Source: Halarcobacter sp.
GTDB taxonomy: Bacteria > Campylobacterota > Campylobacteria > Campylobacterales > Arcobacteraceae
NCBI GenBank assembly: GCA_963676565.1
Contig: OY781089.1
Location: 1,472,001 to 1,536,000 of the forward strand
Direction of reading: 5' to 3'
DNA length: 64,000 nucleotides
Shown here: positions 60,292-64,000 of the stretch, one piece after another
Layout of the letters: each line of letters opens with the position of its first letter
Numbering within the stretch: the first letter of the stretch is position 1
Made by a program: the position numbers and the translations under genes
The notes under the pieces: model-generated
Database searches by the model: none
Told to the model about the DNA's origin: nothing
What the model saw: the letters and a program-made list of their open reading frames with translations, nothing else

Positions 60292-60352
60292 ATGCAATTA
60301 AGTTGCATTTAAAAAATTGGTGGTAAAATTCCACAAATGCAACCTAATTGCA
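60292..60352. promoter_or_regulatory. paired candidate Zur boxes flanking a -10 element
   Basis: ATGCAATTAAGTTGCAT 60292..60308; TAAAAT 60324..60329; TGCAACCTAATTGCA 60338..60352. Confidence 0.75.
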
Positions 60353-60377
60353 AAAAATAAAAAAAGGATTTATAGAT

Positions 60378-61298
60378 ATGATGAAAAAAATCTTAATTGC
60401 TTTAGCACTATTATCAAGTTTTGTAGTAGCAAAAGAAGTAACTGTTTCAATTTTACCTCAAAAATTTTTCGTAGAAAAAATTGCAGGGGATAAAATTGAT
60501 GTGAATGTAATGGTTAAGCCAGGAGCATCACCAGCTTCATATGAACCTAAAACATCTCAAATGAAAAAATTATCAAACTCTTTAGCATATTTTTCAATTG
60601 GAGTACCTTTTGAAAAATCTTGGTTAGAAAAATTTGAAGATGCAAATAAAAAAATGTTAGTTGTTGATACTACTAAGGGTATTAAAAAACAAGAGATGGA
60701 AGCCCATGAACATCATGATGAAGAAAAACATGATGAAGAAGATAGCCATAAAGACCATGACCATGAAAAAGAGATGCATGAAGATGAAGATCATGCTGGA
60801 CATGATCATACAGGTTTAGACCCTCATGTATGGCTAGATCCAATTTTAGTAAAAAAACAAGCAGAAAACATTTTAAATGCTTTAATAAAAGTTGATGTAC
60901 AAAATAAAGATTTTTATACTAAAAACTATCAATCATTTGTAAAAGAATTAGATGAATTAGATAAAAAGTTAGAATCAATTATTGAACCTTATAAACATAA
61001 AGCATTTATGGTTTTCCATCCATCTTGGGGATATTTTGCAAAAAGATATCATTTAGAGCAAATCTCTATTGAAATTCAAGGAAAAGAACCAAAACCATCA
61101 CAATTAATTGAACTGGTTGAAGAAGCAAAAAAACATGATATAAAAATTGTTTTTGTTGCTCCTCAATTTTCTCAAAAGGGTGCTAAAACTATCTCAAAGA
61201 GTATTAATGGTAATGTTGCAGTTATCAATCCACTATCAGAAAAATGGGATGAAAATCTATTAAAGGTAGCAACAGAAATTGCAAAATCTTATAAGTAA
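60378..61298 (+). CDS. znuA: zinc ABC substrate-binding protein (ZnuA/AdcA cluster A-I)
   Basis: PASYEP; His/Glu/Asp-rich loop; DPHVWLDP; HPSWGYF; ATG 60378 or 60381 after AAGGA. Confidence 0.9.
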   Translation: MMKKILIALALLSSFVVAKEVTVSILPQKFFVEKIAGDKIDVNVMVKPGASPASYEPKTSQMKKLSNSLAYFSIGVPFEKSWLEKFEDANKKMLVVDTTKGIKKQEMEAHEHHDEEKHDEEDSHKDHDHEKEMHEDEDHAGHDHTGLDPHVWLDPILVKKQAENILNALIKVDVQNKDFYTKNYQSFVKELDELDKKLESIIEPYKHKAFMVFHPSWGYFAKRYHLEQISIEIQGKEPKPSQLIELVEEAKKHDIKIVFVAPQFSQKGAKTISKSINGNVAVINPLSEKWDENLLKVATEIAKSYK

Positions 61299-62739
61299 AG
61301 TATTTATATTTCTTACACTTTTTACGCACACCCTTTTTGGGTGTGCCCTATGTACAATCTATTCACCTGAAACCAAAGTATCAATTAAAGTTCAAGCAGA
61401 TGAACATAAAATAAAAACAGCAGAGATAACTTGGGTTCTTTCAAAAGAATTTACTAATATGTTAAAAGAGGTTTATGATACAAATCAAAACAATTACCTC
61501 GATAAAAATGAATTGATTCCTGTAGAGCAATCATTATTGGATTATATTGTTCCTAGAAACTATTTAACCCATATTTCATACGACAAAGTTATCAACAAAG
61601 AAGAGAGTTTAAAAGCTAATGTAACTAAAATGAAAAGTTATATAAAAAATTCATTACTTCATTTTAATTATATAATAAAACTTGATTATGATTTAGATAA
61701 AGAAAAGATTTTATATCTAAATATTGATGATAAAGAAAATTACTTTATACTATTATTGGTAAAAAACTCTGTAAAAATTGATGCGCCTTTTGATGTTAAA
61801 AAAATGGTTGATAGAAAAAGTGTTGTTTTCTATCTAGATGGTGTATTAAAAGATGAAAAAATAAACGAAGATAATTTAAAAGAACAAGAAGTTATAGAAT
61901 CTAATATCGATGAAACAAAAAAATTAGAAAAATTAGATGAACCAAAACAAATAAAAGAAGAAACATATCTAGCAAAGTTTTCTAATAAGGTAAAAGAATA
62001 TCTTATCAAAATTGAAAATGGTGATGATTATGCTTTGTTTATTTTATTAGGAATATCTTTTCTTTATGGAATCATTCATGCCCTTGGGCCTGGACATGGT
62101 AAATCTTTAGCCTTTTCTTATTTTTTAGCAAATAAAAGCTCTTTTACAAAAGCATTTTTTATATCTCAAGCTAGTGCTTTTATTCATATAGTTGGAGCTT
62201 TAGTTTTAGTTGTTATTTCTGTTTTTATTCTTCAATCAGTTTTAAACAATTTTGTAAATGATTCAGTTGAAATTTTAACAAAGATAAGTGCTTTTATGAT
62301 AATAGCTTTAGCTGCTTTTATTTTATATAATAAGATTACAAAAAAAAGTTGCTCTTGTTCATCATGTTGTTCTTCTACTTCTTCTCAATCAAACTCTATG
62401 TGGAGTACAACAAAACCTAAAAATACAACAACATTAAAACCAAACTTTATGAAAAAAGATTTATATTTTGTATTAACAGCAGGACTTATTCCTTGTCCAG
62501 GTACTGTTATTCTTTTTATCTATGCTTTTATGTTAAAAACTTATTTTGCAGTTATTTTAGCTTCTATTTTTATTAGTTTAGGGATGGGATTAGTGATTTT
62601 TGCTTCTTCATTTTTAGGAGTATCAGTTCAAAAAGTTAGTGAAAGATCTCATAAGTTAACTAATTTTTTAGAATATTTATCACCAGTAGTGATGTTATTA
62701 TTAGGTATTTTACTATTTTTAAATGCTCAAATGCTCTAG
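61279..62739 (+). CDS. DUF1007-like periplasmic domain fused to a NiCoT/RcnA-family permease
   Basis: N-terminal CALC and EF-hand-like DTNQNNYLDKNE; C-terminal YGIIHALGPGHGKS and GLIPCPG. Confidence 0.78.
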   Translation: MQNLISKVFIFLTLFTHTLFGCALCTIYSPETKVSIKVQADEHKIKTAEITWVLSKEFTNMLKEVYDTNQNNYLDKNELIPVEQSLLDYIVPRNYLTHISYDKVINKEESLKANVTKMKSYIKNSLLHFNYIIKLDYDLDKEKILYLNIDDKENYFILLLVKNSVKIDAPFDVKKMVDRKSVVFYLDGVLKDEKINEDNLKEQEVIESNIDETKKLEKLDEPKQIKEETYLAKFSNKVKEYLIKIENGDDYALFILLGISFLYGIIHALGPGHGKSLAFSYFLANKSSFTKAFFISQASAFIHIVGALVLVVISVFILQSVLNNFVNDSVEILTKISAFMIIALAAFILYNKITKKSCSCSSCCSSTSSQSNSMWSTTKPKNTTTLKPNFMKKDLYFVLTAGLIPCPGTVILFIYAFMLKTYFAVILASIFISLGMGLVIFASSFLGVSVQKVSERSHKLTNFLEYLSPVVMLLLGILLFLNAQML

Positions 62740-62765
62740 TTATAAGAAGAGTTTAAAAAATTATT

Positions 62766-64000
62766 TCATTTTTTGTCTAGTTTTTTAAACTCATTTATTA
62801 TCTCTTTTATTGGTTCAAGACCTACTGAAATTCTAATTATATTTATTGGTAAATCAATTTTTTCTAAAAAACTATTACCTTGCTTTGTTTGTATCATGTC
62901 ATAGTGGGCAAGATAGGTATAAGGCATTAAAAGAGTAAACTCAGTACCCAAACTTGGACCCTTCGCAAAATTTAGATTGTCATATATCTGTGTTAATGGC
63001 TTTTTAAAAGTAACAGATACAATCCCTGTGTATGAATTTTCATCAATAATTGTTTGTGAGTAATTTTTTTTATTCTCTTCACTTAAACAGTGATATATTT
63101 TATCAATGTAAGAACATGTTTTTAAATACTCAACTAAAGCTTTTGTGTTTGAAGAGATTTTTTTAACTCTAGTTTTATAATCTTTTATTTCAAAAGCTAA
63201 TCGTTGTTTATCTTTTATATAAACAGGCTCACAATGTTTGAAAAATTCTTCTGTCATATGAGATAGGGTATGTTTTTTATTTAAGATGATGGCACCCATT
63301 AATACATCAGCATTTCCACAAGCAAATTTTGTAAGGGATTCAACAAAAATATCTGCATAAGCAGTTAAGTCTAGATTATATGGTGTAGCAAATGTTGTAT
63401 CAATGATTAAAGGAATATTGTATTTATCACACAAAGCTCTTAATCTTTTTATATCAACGGTTTTTAATAGAGGATTTGTTGGGATTTCAGTAATTATTGC
63501 ACTTACTTGAAAGCCATTTTCTTTTAAATACTCTTCTAATAAATCTATGTTTAAAACATCAGTAAATATTTTTGATTCTTTATAATGATGATTTACTATA
63601 TTCATAGTATCTAAATATAACCATCCAAATTGAACTAAAATAGATCTTCCATTATGGGATTGAATAGAGTTTATCCCTCTTATTATTGAATATATCGCAT
63701 TCATACCTGAAGGAGTAAGATAAACATTTTTCTTTGGCTGTTTATAGGCACTAGCAAGTGTAGATATAATAATATCTTCAGCAATAGCCTCATCTTCAAT
63801 CTCTTCTTTATGAAGTTTGTTTATTAATCCAAGTTCAAAAAGATATTTTTCTGCAAGTCTAGAAGATAGATTACATCCTGAATGTTGAATATAGGTTAAA
63901 ACCTTTTGAAGTTGCGACGTTCCATTTTGAACTAATATAACTCCAAAGGGTTCATCAATCTCAATTTTATTATGGATATAATATTTATCACTCACAAGCT
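62766..64000 (-). CDS. PLP-dependent trans-sulfuration enzyme (cystathionine gamma-synthase-like), 5'-truncated by the window edge
   Basis: SGMNAI, EIPTNP, DTTFATP, ESLTKF, GPSLG, IRISVGLE; frame is open to the window end. Confidence 0.88.
   Translation of the reverse strand, partial: LVSDKYYIHNKIEIDEPFGVILVQNGTSQLQKVLTYIQHSGCNLSSRLAEKYLFELGLINKLHKEEIEDEAIAEDIIISTLASAYKQPKKNVYLTPSGMNAIYSIIRGINSIQSHNGRSILVQFGWLYLDTMNIVNHHYKESKIFTDVLNIDLLEEYLKENGFQVSAIITEIPTNPLLKTVDIKRLRALCDKYNIPLIIDTTFATPYNLDLTAYADIFVESLTKFACGNADVLMGAIILNKKHTLSHMTEEFFKHCEPVYIKDKQRLAFEIKDYKTRVKKISSNTKALVEYLKTCSYIDKIYHCLSEENKKNYSQTIIDENSYTGIVSVTFKKPLTQIYDNLNFAKGPSLGTEFTLLMPYTYLAHYDMIQTKQGNSFLEKIDLPINIIRISVGLEPIKEIINEFKKLDKK

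Noticed and set aside
1..64000. CRISPR arrays, IS elements, prophage, rRNA
   Set aside because: No regularly spaced repeats, transposase, integrase, phage structural genes or rRNA-like sequence seen.

Overview
AT-rich chromosomal window from a Campylobacterota bacterium, most likely Arcobacteraceae (inferred from IAHQWRQPL-type histidine kinases, a solitary atpE with an N-terminal extension, and many MCPs). About 55 CDS and one tRNA-Leu(GAG). I found no CRISPR, rRNA, integrase or transposase. Metal homeostasis dominates. (i) Fur-type boxes precede a DUF2325/McrC-like/flavodoxin operon, an imelysin/di-heme/imelysin/desaturase-peroxidase operon and an unannotated 43-aa membrane peptide. (ii) Two promoters share an identical paired TGCAAY-N3-RTTGCA architecture (candidate Zur boxes) and drive a Nik/Opp-type ABC importer and znuA plus a DUF1007-NiCoT fusion. 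(iii) There is a dmeR-mntP / dmeF module. Other notable observations: an in-frame desaturase-peroxidase fusion with an internal start, a 14-codon antisense sORF with a perfect SD locked in a hairpin, a histidine kinase with His replaced by Asp, a SulP islet bounded by tRNA-Leu and a degenerate copy of its 3' end, a short AtzF-like amidase with a Tat-exported ABC binding protein, and several probable leaderless genes. All family calls come from motif recognition by eye; no searches were run.
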